DNA of 32,000 nucleotides from a bacterium (GTDB lineage Bacteria; Patescibacteriota; Microgenomatia; UBA1406; GWC2-37-13), in assembly GCA_029573715.1 (NCBI GenBank), contig JAKQDR010000165.1, positions 56,766 to 88,765 on the forward strand. The letters are read 5' to 3'. Below the pieces are notes generated by a model, which was given only the letters and a program-made list of their open reading frames with translations, had not been told where the DNA came from and did not search any database. This document shows, one piece after another, positions 1-8,769 of this stretch (its first letter is position 1; each line of letters begins with the position of its first letter). The translations under genes and the position numbers were made by a program.

Positions 1-948
1 CAAAAACATCCTCACCTCGTCAAACAATATTTCGGCAAGCTTATTCCGCCTAATGATAATAAGTTTGCCGCATTAAATAGTGCATTTTGGAGCGGAGGAA
101 GCTTCATATATGTCCCTAAAGGAGTGACTGTACGCCTCCCCCTTCAGGCATATTTTCGAATAAATGCTGAAAAACTCGGACAATTTGAACGCACGCTCAT
201 CATCGCTGATGAGGGAAGCAGCGTCCACTACATTGAAGGATGCACCGCACCTGTGTATGATAGTGATTCGCTTCATGCGGCAGTTGTTGAGATATTTGCA
301 AAAAAAGAATCAAAAGTCCGCTATACAACGGTCCAGAACTGGAGTAAAAACGTATACAATCTGGTTACCAAACGTGCAATGGCCGAGGCGGGGGCTCATA
401 TGGAATGGGTAGACTGTAACCTCGGAAGCAAAATTACCATGAAGTACCCGGCCATACACCTTATGGGGCCTCACGCAAAAGGTGAAGTGCTTTCAATCGC
501 GCTTGCAAGTAAAGGACAGATATTGGATGCAGGTGCAAAAGTTTATCATAAAGCATCACATACCTCATCGCGCATCGTGAGCAAATCTATCGCCAAAGAT
601 GGCGGACAAACCTCATATAGAGGTATTGTTGATGTGCTACCTAATTTGTCCAATTGCAAAGTATATGTCAGTTGTGATGCCATGATCATTGATCCGCGAT
701 CGCGCTCAGATACCTATCCAACCATGAACATTCGATCATCTGATGTAGAGGTTCAGCATGAAGCGACCGTTGAGCGACTCGGTGAAGAACGCCTCCTCTA
801 CCTTATGTCTCGCGGAATAAGTAAATCCGATGCGGAAGGCCTTCTGGTTAATGGGTTCATTCAGCCCGTTTCACGTGAAATACCTTTGGAGTATCTGATT
901 GAACTTAATCGCCTTATCAACATTGAGATGGAAGGAAGTGTGGGATAA
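1..948 (+). CDS. sufB: Fe-S cluster assembly protein SufB (5' end cut by window edge)
   Basis: Frame 1 is open from base 1 (QKHPHLVKQYFGKLIPPNDNKFAALNSAFWSGGSFIYVPKGV) and runs into the 124..948 ORF. SufB-type stretches are present: ERTLIIADEGSSVHYIEGCTAP, VRYTTVQNWS, YPTMNIRSSDVEVQHEATV. TAA stop at 946-948. sufD, sufS and sufU follow. Confidence 0.93.
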   Translation, partial: QKHPHLVKQYFGKLIPPNDNKFAALNSAFWSGGSFIYVPKGVTVRLPLQAYFRINAEKLGQFERTLIIADEGSSVHYIEGCTAPVYDSDSLHAAVVEIFAKKESKVRYTTVQNWSKNVYNLVTKRAMAEAGAHMEWVDCNLGSKITMKYPAIHLMGPHAKGEVLSIALASKGQILDAGAKVYHKASHTSSRIVSKSIAKDGGQTSYRGIVDVLPNLSNCKVYVSCDAMIIDPRSRSDTYPTMNIRSSDVEVQHEATVERLGEERLLYLMSRGISKSDAEGLLVNGFIQPVSREIPLEYLIELNRLINIEMEGSVG

Positions 949-963
949 ATCCACCAAACATCT

Positions 964-1518
964 ATGCAGCACACAACACACATCACCAAAAGCCAAGACA
1001 AATCGTTTTCTTATGAACAGGAAGGTGTGTATGTTGTAATGCTTGATAATGTATCGGGAACCTTTGCGTTTAACATTAAGGCGTCAGGGGTAAAACTATC
1101 GATATTCGGCCTATATACCGGCACATCTAATCAGTTGTTTCAGGTACACACGATTCAACACCATCACGCACCAAGTGCTACTTCTAATTTGCTTATCAAG
1201 TCGGTGCTGTATGGAAAATCACAATTCAACTATCAAGGTCTTATTCGCATTGAGCAACATTGCAATGGGAGTCATGCCTATCAGAAGAATCAGAATTTGC
1301 TTATGTCCTCGGAATCGAAAGTCACCTCAGAGCCCAATCTTGAGATATTGTCTCATGAGGTATTTTGCACACACGGTTCAACAACTGGCAAACCGGACTC
1401 CAATCAATTGCATTACCTGCATTCACGCGGCCTCTCATATACAGACGCCGAAAAACTCTATGTGGAAGGATTCCTGCAAGAAGTGAAAGATGGTATGCAG
1501 ACGGTTATGCAAAAATAA
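964..1518 (+). CDS. sufD: Short SufD-like Fe-S assembly protein (SufBD-family C-terminal region only)
   Basis: 184-aa ORF 15 nt after sufB. The C-terminal part resembles the SufB/SufD family (NQNLLMSSESKVTSEPNLEILSHEVFCTHGSTTGKPDSNQLHYLHSRGLSYTDAEKLYVEGF, parallel to the sufB tail). Its position between sufB and sufS fits. Confidence 0.72.
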   Translation: MQHTTHITKSQDKSFSYEQEGVYVVMLDNVSGTFAFNIKASGVKLSIFGLYTGTSNQLFQVHTIQHHHAPSATSNLLIKSVLYGKSQFNYQGLIRIEQHCNGSHAYQKNQNLLMSSESKVTSEPNLEILSHEVFCTHGSTTGKPDSNQLHYLHSRGLSYTDAEKLYVEGFLQEVKDGMQTVMQK

Positions 1519-1569
1519 AGACACATGAGTCTCATCTTTTTGCCGAGCACTCATATACAATACTCATTC

Positions 1570-2793
1570 ATGAACACCATCCGTGATCGCTTTCCCTTTT
1601 TCAGTCATAATCCTCATGTCGTATATCTTGATTCAGCAGCTACGACGCTGAAGGCAGATGTGGCGCTGCAGGCTCTGAATGAGTATTACACCTCATATAG
1701 TGTGAATATCCACCGGGGGATGTACCCGCTTGCCCAGAAAGCCGATTTGGCATACCACGCGTCTCGCAAGAAAATTGCACATTTCCTGAATGCTCAAACA
1801 CCCGATGAAATTGTTTTCACCAAAGGTGCAACAGAAGGACTTAATTTGCTCGCATCGTCACTAGGTCAATCATTAATCAATCCAGAACGTGGTGTACTGA
1901 CAAGTGTCATAGAGCACCACGCTAACTTTGTGCCGTGGCAACAAATTGCCAAAAAACACAATGCGCCTTTTCAGGTTGCGCTGATAAACCCACTGACAAT
2001 GACTGTTCGCGAAATATGCGATGAGTTTGAAAAGAATATTACCCAGGATACCGCAATACTTGCGCTCACCCACATATCAAATGTGACCGGCACCGTACTT
2101 CCTATTCAAGAAATTGCGCATCGAGCCCGTCAGATTAATCCGCACATAATCATCGTTTTAGACATGTGTCAATCAGTTCAGCACATGAGCATAGATGTGC
2201 AACAGCTTGATATAGACTTTGCCGTATTTTCCGGCCACAAATGTTTTGGTCCTACCGGCATCGGAGTTTTATATGGGAAAAAGTCGCGCCTTGATAATCT
2301 GTTACCGTACCAATTTGGAGGAGATATGATTTATGAGGTTGGGCTTTCACAATCTTCATTTGCCGAAGCACCTTCAAAATTTGAGGCGGGCACTCCACCC
2401 ATTGCTCAAGCGATATCTCTTGCATCAGCGCTCGAATTCGTGCAAGAGATTATATCATCGGATTGTCATAATAATCTCAAAGACCTAAGAGCATATTGCG
2501 TAAAGCAATTTGAAAAGTTGTTTCCAAACGATGTGGTGGTCCATCAAAGCAAGCATCTGGATTCTTGCGCGATCGTTTGTTTTACCGTCAATAGATGTCA
2601 TCCTCATGATGTTGCTCATATGCTGGGTGAACAAAATATTTGCATCCGTGCCGGACATCATTGCGCCCAGCCACTACACAAGCACCTTAACATACCCTCA
2701 TCATGCAGGGTTAGTCTATCCGTATACAATACAACTGATGATATTGACAACCTGATGCAAGGCATTACTCGTGTTATAACTCAATTATCCTAA
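1570..2793 (+). CDS. sufS: Cysteine desulfurase SufS (class V aminotransferase)
   Basis: Motifs VYLDSAATTLK, HHANFVPWQQ and SGHKCFGPTGIGVLYGK (PLP lysine), plus RAGHHCAQPL (catalytic Cys loop). The ORF track starts at 1525, but ATG 1570 (MNTIRDRFPFF) matches the usual SufS N-terminus. Confidence 0.9.
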   Translation: MNTIRDRFPFFSHNPHVVYLDSAATTLKADVALQALNEYYTSYSVNIHRGMYPLAQKADLAYHASRKKIAHFLNAQTPDEIVFTKGATEGLNLLASSLGQSLINPERGVLTSVIEHHANFVPWQQIAKKHNAPFQVALINPLTMTVREICDEFEKNITQDTAILALTHISNVTGTVLPIQEIAHRARQINPHIIIVLDMCQSVQHMSIDVQQLDIDFAVFSGHKCFGPTGIGVLYGKKSRLDNLLPYQFGGDMIYEVGLSQSSFAEAPSKFEAGTPPIAQAISLASALEFVQEIISSDCHNNLKDLRAYCVKQFEKLFPNDVVVHQSKHLDSCAIVCFTVNRCHPHDVAHMLGEQNICIRAGHHCAQPLHKHLNIPSSCRVSLSVYNTTDDIDNLMQGITRVITQLS

Positions 2794-2799
2794 TACTCC

Positions 2800-3165
2800 A
2801 TGACACTCTACCACGACACTATTATGGACCATTATCGAAATCCGAGACATTTTGGATGTTCGAAATTCAAAGCATCTGCATCATCCTCCACACATAATCC
2901 TTCATGTGGTGATGCAATCAAAATGCAGATCTACATTTATAAAGGCAAGATAACTCGCATATGTTTTGAGGGGGAAGGATGCGCACTTTCAATTGCCTCT
3001 GCCTCGCTTTTGTGTGAGTACACAAAAGGAAAGTTATTGCGCGAAGTGCAATCATTTGATGAAGAAACAGTGTTACATTTACTTCAAATTGACGTTACCC
3101 CCGCTCGAACAAGGTGTGCCACAATCGGACTTAAGGCATTAAGACAGGCCATTGCAACGCTTTAA
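2800..3165 (+). CDS. sufU: SufU/IscU-type Fe-S scaffold / sulfur acceptor
   Basis: 121 aa. Has the N-terminal YHDTIMDHYRNPRHFG, and conserved Cys residues in NPSCGD, GEGCALSIASAS and TRCA. Lies immediately downstream of sufS. Confidence 0.85.
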   Translation: MTLYHDTIMDHYRNPRHFGCSKFKASASSSTHNPSCGDAIKMQIYIYKGKITRICFEGEGCALSIASASLLCEYTKGKLLREVQSFDEETVLHLLQIDVTPARTRCATIGLKALRQAIATL

Positions 3166-3225
3166 AAAATACACTTTTCTCCCTCATATTCTGCAGTACA
3201 ATACGTAAAGAATTTATGCTTATTT

Positions 3226-5007
3226 ATGCAGTATTCGTGGAAAATATCAGGTGAGGCGGGATTTGGCATTACTACTGTCGGACTCACATTCTCTAAAATC
3301 TGTGCACGGCACGGGCTCCATGTGTTTGATTACGCAGAATTTCCCAGCCTCATTCGTGGCGGATTTACCACCTATGAAGTTACACTCTCCACAAGTAATA
3401 TCGGTAGCCTAAAGGAAACGCTTGATATGTTGGTTTGTCTCAGGCAAGATGGATTTGACAGAGATAAACATAGACTAACCCCCCAATCCGTCGTCCTATT
3501 TGACCAAGATACCGTGGAAGTAGAGGGTGACTTCGTTCAAATTCCCCTCCCCCTCAAATCCCTGCGCACCAAACACAAAGCCTTTCAAGTCATGGTAAAC
3601 ACCATATCACTCGGCGCAACCTTGGCACTCAATGGATGGAACATTCAAACATTCTATTCCATTCTTGAAGAAGAGTTTGGCAGGAAAGGCCAGGAGATAA
3701 TAGACCATAATAAAATATTGGCTCAAGAAGGATGGGACTATGTGACCGACTTGGTCGGTAAAGACAAAGAATTACAAAAGAAGCTTGCTAATTCTATCCA
3801 TGCCAATTCCATCATCTCATCGCATTCAAAACCCCTTTCTCAAAAACAGCTCCTCCTTATGACAGGTAATGAGGCCTTTTCCCTTGCTTCTGTAGTTGCT
3901 GATTGCCGGGGATACTTTGCATACCCCATGAGCCCCGCTTCAACGGTGTTAACTACCCTAGCCTCATGGGCAAAACACACTAAGATGGTCGTCAGACATG
4001 TGGAAGACGAGATTGCCGTCATTAGTGAGGCACTTGGCTGCGCATATGCAGGGGTCAGATCATCTGTTGGCACCTCAGGAGGAGGATTTGCGCTTATGGT
4101 GGAGTCACTCAGTTATGCGGGGGTCGCTGAAATTCCGCTTGTTGTGTATGTGGCACAGCGTCCGGGCCCCGCAACCGGCTTGCCCACGTGGACTGGTCAA
4201 GGAGATTTGCTCTTTGCTGTTCACGCAGGGCATGGTGAGTTCCCCAAAATTGTGCTTGCGGCGGGTGATATTCAAGAAATGATTGAAATTACCACAAAAG
4301 CATACGATTTGGCAGATACATATCAAGTGCCGGTAATTGTCCTCGCAGACAAACTTGTTGCTGAATCTCATGCGACAATTGATAACCAGTGGTTTAAAGA
4401 TTTTACCAAAAAGCATACGCCAAAAAGAGGTAAGCTGGTTATGCACACTGACCAAAACCCGTACCTACGATATAAAGATTCGCCCGATGGCATATCTGAA
4501 TATCTTATACCTGGTATGCAAAAAGGCCATTTTTGGCAAGCCAATTCATACGAGCATGTGGAGGATTCTCATACCACCGAAGATGCGGAAGAGGTGGTCA
4601 AACAAGTTGAAAAGCGTGCAAGAAAACTTTCTACATATCTTAATTCCGGTGATTACCAACCTCCGCTAGTTTTTGGAGATATACAGTCAGCCTCAATCAT
4701 TTTCGTATCATATGGCTCAAACAAAAAAGCTATTCTCCAGGCACAAACAATGCTTCAAGATGAAAATATTCACAATGCATATATACACTTTACGCACGTA
4801 TACCCGCTTTCTGAAACACTCGTGAAGCCATTATTTGACGCATCTGGAATATACGTGCTTATTGAAAACAATAGCGAAGGTCAGCTGGACAGGCTTTTAA
4901 AATCAGAATGCAACATAGATCAAATTACACATAAACTACTCAAGTATGATGGTCGCCCCATATTCGCACATGAAATAGTTACATTTACCAAAAACTTAAT
5001 ACAATAA
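3226..5007 (+). CDS. 2-oxoacid:ferredoxin oxidoreductase, fused gamma/alpha subunit
   Basis: 593 aa. N-terminal gamma-like domain (ISGEAGFGITTVG), then an alpha domain (LMTGNEAFSLASVVADCRGYFAYPMSPAS, GTSGGGFALMVESLSYAGVAEIPLVVYVAQRPGPATG). Its stop overlaps the beta-subunit start (TAATG at 5005-5009). Substrate (pyruvate, 2-oxoglutarate or other) cannot be called from sequence. Confidence 0.85.
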   Translation: MQYSWKISGEAGFGITTVGLTFSKICARHGLHVFDYAEFPSLIRGGFTTYEVTLSTSNIGSLKETLDMLVCLRQDGFDRDKHRLTPQSVVLFDQDTVEVEGDFVQIPLPLKSLRTKHKAFQVMVNTISLGATLALNGWNIQTFYSILEEEFGRKGQEIIDHNKILAQEGWDYVTDLVGKDKELQKKLANSIHANSIISSHSKPLSQKQLLLMTGNEAFSLASVVADCRGYFAYPMSPASTVLTTLASWAKHTKMVVRHVEDEIAVISEALGCAYAGVRSSVGTSGGGFALMVESLSYAGVAEIPLVVYVAQRPGPATGLPTWTGQGDLLFAVHAGHGEFPKIVLAAGDIQEMIEITTKAYDLADTYQVPVIVLADKLVAESHATIDNQWFKDFTKKHTPKRGKLVMHTDQNPYLRYKDSPDGISEYLIPGMQKGHFWQANSYEHVEDSHTTEDAEEVVKQVEKRARKLSTYLNSGDYQPPLVFGDIQSASIIFVSYGSNKKAILQAQTMLQDENIHNAYIHFTHVYPLSETLVKPLFDASGIYVLIENNSEGQLDRLLKSECNIDQITHKLLKYDGRPIFAHEIVTFTKNLIQ

Positions 5008-5873
5008 TGAACGACACCAATTTACTCATTAAAGATCTGACTGGCTACCCCCCCACCTGGTGTCCGGGTTGCGGAAATTTTGGCATCATTCGAGCCATTC
5101 GACTCGCGCTCGCCCAGCAAAATCTTACCCCCTCAGATATTTTTGTTACTTTCGATATAGGGTGCTCTGGTAATATGAATGATTTTCTCAATGCCAACAG
5201 CATGCATACGCTTCATGGCAGAGCAATTGCGACTGCCATCGGCATAAAACTTGCTCACCACACAAAACCAGTGCTCGTTGTTGGTGGAGATGGAGGGCTG
5301 TATGGAGAGGGTGGGAATCACTTTCTTCATGCGTGCAGAGGCAACCATGACCTAACCATTATCGTGCACGACAATATGGTATATGGCCTGACGACAGGTC
5401 AGGTTGCACCAACTGCTAATAAGGGGTATAAGTCGCGATCAACGCCTTCGGGCATCATAGAAACACCCATTAATGCGTTGGCCCTTGCCATATCTCAAGG
5501 AGCGACGTTTGTGGCACAAACATTTGCCAACGACGCAAAGCACATGGCTGAAATGATTACCAAAGGCATGCAACACAAAGGATTCTCTGTAATTAACATA
5601 TTACAGCCGTGTGTCACATTCAATAAAATAAACACCTTCGAATACTTCTTAAAACGATCGTATAAGTTGGTAGATCATGACGCTCATAACATGCATTCTG
5701 CAATCATCAAGTCGCTTGAGGCAATGGAAGAGAAATTCCCCCTCGGCGTACTGTATGAGAACAAAGACAGATTACCTTTTCACGAAGAACTGCTTGGCAT
5801 GGATGGTAACGACACGCTTCTATCGTCTCAAAGATATACAGATTATGACATTCTCACCCAAAGATTGTCCTAA
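5007..5873 (+). CDS. 2-oxoacid:ferredoxin oxidoreductase, beta (TPP-binding) subunit
   Basis: 288 aa. Has WCPGCGNFGI (Fe-S cluster Cys motif) and VVGGDGGLYGEGGNHF (TPP/Mg motif). Translationally coupled to the alpha subunit. Confidence 0.9.
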   Translation: MNDTNLLIKDLTGYPPTWCPGCGNFGIIRAIRLALAQQNLTPSDIFVTFDIGCSGNMNDFLNANSMHTLHGRAIATAIGIKLAHHTKPVLVVGGDGGLYGEGGNHFLHACRGNHDLTIIVHDNMVYGLTTGQVAPTANKGYKSRSTPSGIIETPINALALAISQGATFVAQTFANDAKHMAEMITKGMQHKGFSVINILQPCVTFNKINTFEYFLKRSYKLVDHDAHNMHSAIIKSLEAMEEKFPLGVLYENKDRLPFHEELLGMDGNDTLLSSQRYTDYDILTQRLS

Positions 5874-6032
5874 TAGAACAACCCGAAATACCCAACAAGT
5901 AGCCTTATAACGTGATTATAGGACGACATTAGCAAAAAGTGTTCGGTCTTGATAACACAAGTACATACTTATATTGGCACGTATTGACGATGTAAATGAT
6001 GATACAGTTAAGATGTAATCATAAAGACATAC

Positions 6033-6049
6033 ATAGTGTAAAACACTAT
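6033..6049. promoter_or_regulatory. 17-bp perfect palindrome ATAGTGT-AAA-ACACTAT, candidate operator upstream of lon
   Basis: Read directly: 7-bp arms at 6033-6039 and 6043-6049. More copies of the half-site lie at 6052-6058 (inverted, ACAGTGT), 6075-6081 (ACACTAT) and 6088-6094 (GCACTAT). Confidence 0.3.
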
Positions 6050-6109
6050 AGACAGTGTTACCACATGTCAAATGACACTATACGAATGCACTATTTAATC
6101 GCCTAACCC

Positions 6110-6138
6110 TTGACAATTAGCAATTAACCTTATATACT
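6110..6138 (+). promoter_or_regulatory. Sigma70-type promoter of lon (TTGACA-17 nt-TATACT)
   Basis: TTGACA at 6110-6115, a 17-nt spacer, then TATACT at 6133-6138. The lon ATG at 6149 is only 10 nt past the -10 box, which predicts a very short or absent leader. Confidence 0.5.
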
Positions 6139-6148
6139 GCTAACCATT

Positions 6149-8623
6149 ATGGAAAATCAAAATGAACTGTCACAACAACATGTATACCCCCTTCTACCGG
6201 TGCTTGACACGCTCGTCATGCCTTCATGCGAATCCGTTTTAATTGTGGGAAGGGCTAAAAGCATTGCTGCGGTCTCATATGCCGCTCAAAAGGACAATAA
6301 GATAGTCGTTGTATCTCAGCGCAACTCAAAAGACCAGCCCGGTGTTGAAGATATGCACCCTATAGGTGTTTTAGCGGTAATTGAGCGAGTTAATCCGGGT
6401 GAAAAAGGTGAGACGCACATCATGGTGCGAGGTATTGAAAAAGTAAAGCTTGAGAACCTCACACAAGTCGAACCTTATCTTGAGGTAGAGGTATCTAAGA
6501 TTATTGAGTCATCCGCCGAGGACAATGAAACTCAAGCATTGGTGCATCACATCGCTTCAGAACTGAAACGCGCAATCAATATGGGAAAAACGCTCGATTT
6601 GAATTTTATGATTAATGTGTTGTACATAAACAATGCGTATACTTTCTCATATCAGGTGCTCTCCGTTTTAGAACTTAAGCTCACCGATAGATATGCGGTA
6701 TTTCAGGAGGATGATCTCAAAAAACGTCTTGTCATGATTTCAGAGCACCTTGCTCAAGAAATTAAAATACTCGAGATCGAACACAACATCTCCAAAAAAA
6801 CCAGTGAAAAGATAGATGAAACCATGCGTGAAAATATTTTGCGAGAGAAAATGAAGACAATAGAAGAAGAGCTTGGTTCATCTAAAGGCAGCCCTGCAGA
6901 TAAGGGAGTTAAAGAGTTAAAAGACAAACTCAAAGAGGCTAAAATGCCTAAAGAGATAGAAGAGAAAGTGCAAAAAGAGATTAGACGACTGGAGCAAATG
7001 TCGCAATTTAATCCTGAGTCATCATCGCTTCGAAGTTATATCGAGACAGTGGTTGAGCTCCCCTGGAATGTTCGATCACCCCAATCAATTGATATTGCCC
7101 AAGCGCGTCATATCTTAGATGAAGATCACTATGGCCTACCGAAGGTAAAAGAACGTATTGTTGAGTATTTATCGGTTCTTAAACTTCATGCTCAAGACAC
7201 TATAACCGATAGTCCAATCGTAAAAGAACAACAAGAGAGTGTTAAAAAACGAAAAGCAACACCTATACGGCAGGATATTGTTGATATGAAAGAAAAGCAG
7301 CCCAACATATTATGTTTTGTCGGTCCACCGGGAGTAGGTAAAACTTCTATAGGCAGATCAATATCAAAAGCTTTAAACACCAAGTTTGTTAAGGTTGCAC
7401 TTGGTGGCGTACGAGATGAGGCGGAGATTCGTGGCCACCGGCGCACCTATGTTGGCTCTATGCCTGGTCGATTCATTAAGGCAATTAAACAAGCTGGTGT
7501 CAAAAACCCGGTATTTATGCTTGATGAGATAGACAAAATTGGAAATGATTATCGCGGCGACCCAGCCTCAGCACTACTGGAACTACTTGACCCTGAGCAA
7601 AATGGCACATTTGAAGATCATTACCTCGAGCTTCCGTTTGACATGTCTGAAGTATTTTTCATAACGACCGCAAACCAACTCGACACCATCCCGCCGGCAC
7701 TTCTTGATAGGCTCGAAGTTATTCATTTTGCAGGCTATACGGAAGATGAAAAATACAATATAGCCAAAAAGTATCTTGTTCCCAAACAACTTCATGCTGC
7801 GGCGGTCAAAGAAGAACAGGTCGAAATACCCGAGGAAACTCTTCGCGAGATTATTCGCAAATACACGCGAGAAGCTGGCGTAAGAAATGTCGAACGAGAG
7901 ATAGCCCGTGTTCTTCGCAAAGTAGCAACAAAAATCGTCGAGCAGATTCCTTTTGAAAAAGTCATTCAACCTGATGATTTGAGAAAGTATCTGGGTGTCC
8001 CCAAATATCTCAATCAAATGGTTGAAGATATTGATTATATTGGCATAAGTACGGGTCTTGCTTGGACACAGTCTGGAGGTGATATTCTCTTTATCGAAGT
8101 CACAACCATGCCGGGCAAGGGTAATCTCACGCTCACGGGCAATTTGGGCAATGTAATGAAGGAATCCTGCCAAGCTGCCCTATCATATGTACGGTCTCAC
8201 TGGAGCGCATTAGGACTTGATAAAAACCTTTTTGAAAAAATTGATGTGCACGTGCATGTCCCCGAAGGCGCAACGCCCAAAGATGGCCCCTCAGCAGGTG
8301 CAGCGATTACGACAGCGATGGTCTCGGCTCTTACTAAGCGTCCTGTAGACAAATATTTGGCCATGACCGGTGAGATAACTCTTCGAGGGAGAGTGACTGA
8401 AATAGGAGGGGTTAAAGAAAAAGTGCTCGCCGCAAATCGAGCGGGAATAAAAACAGTTCTTTTGCCATCGGAAAACAAAAAAGATTACGAAGAAGATATT
8501 CCGGAAAACATCAAGGCTGTTATGAAATTTCAGTTTGTCGAGAGGATTGAGGATGTGTTAAAAATTGCATTACATGAACCCAAAAAGAAGCGAGGAAGTA
8601 CCAAGAAATTAGAAAGCATCTAA
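6149..8623 (+). CDS. lon: ATP-dependent Lon protease (LonA type)
   Basis: 824 aa. N-terminal LON domain; Walker A GPPGVGKTS; LGGVRDEAEIRGHRRTYVGSMPG; Walker B FMLDEIDK; protease Ser in PKDGPSAGAAITTA and Lys in GGVKEKVLAA. Confidence 0.95.
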   Translation: MENQNELSQQHVYPLLPVLDTLVMPSCESVLIVGRAKSIAAVSYAAQKDNKIVVVSQRNSKDQPGVEDMHPIGVLAVIERVNPGEKGETHIMVRGIEKVKLENLTQVEPYLEVEVSKIIESSAEDNETQALVHHIASELKRAINMGKTLDLNFMINVLYINNAYTFSYQVLSVLELKLTDRYAVFQEDDLKKRLVMISEHLAQEIKILEIEHNISKKTSEKIDETMRENILREKMKTIEEELGSSKGSPADKGVKELKDKLKEAKMPKEIEEKVQKEIRRLEQMSQFNPESSSLRSYIETVVELPWNVRSPQSIDIAQARHILDEDHYGLPKVKERIVEYLSVLKLHAQDTITDSPIVKEQQESVKKRKATPIRQDIVDMKEKQPNILCFVGPPGVGKTSIGRSISKALNTKFVKVALGGVRDEAEIRGHRRTYVGSMPGRFIKAIKQAGVKNPVFMLDEIDKIGNDYRGDPASALLELLDPEQNGTFEDHYLELPFDMSEVFFITTANQLDTIPPALLDRLEVIHFAGYTEDEKYNIAKKYLVPKQLHAAAVKEEQVEIPEETLREIIRKYTREAGVRNVEREIARVLRKVATKIVEQIPFEKVIQPDDLRKYLGVPKYLNQMVEDIDYIGISTGLAWTQSGGDILFIEVTTMPGKGNLTLTGNLGNVMKESCQAALSYVRSHWSALGLDKNLFEKIDVHVHVPEGATPKDGPSAGAAITTAMVSALTKRPVDKYLAMTGEITLRGRVTEIGGVKEKVLAANRAGIKTVLLPSENKKDYEEDIPENIKAVMKFQFVERIEDVLKIALHEPKKKRGSTKKLESI

Positions 8624-8769
8624 GAACATATCTCTGATTCGCTGTGTGTCAGATTAGTCTGTTAGACATCTTTACAAAGGTGAATACCCACAAGCATTAC
8701 TATGTGTAAGGCCAACGTGGCAACCATTTGTTTGATTAAAAACGAGCACTAAACCATCTTAACTTTGTA

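Noticed and set aside
5903-5922. Imperfect hairpin CCTTATAA-CGTG-ATTATAGG after the oxidoreductase beta gene, as a possible terminator.
   Set aside because: The stem is AT-rich and bulged, and no T-tract follows it. This is not convincing as an intrinsic terminator.
7583-8173. 196-aa antisense ORF inside lon. Similar long antisense ORFs lie inside res at 19380..19919 and 19959..20435.
   Set aside because: They fully overlap genes with strong motif support on the opposite strand. Their translations are low-complexity and have no recognisable motifs. These are typical shadow ORFs.
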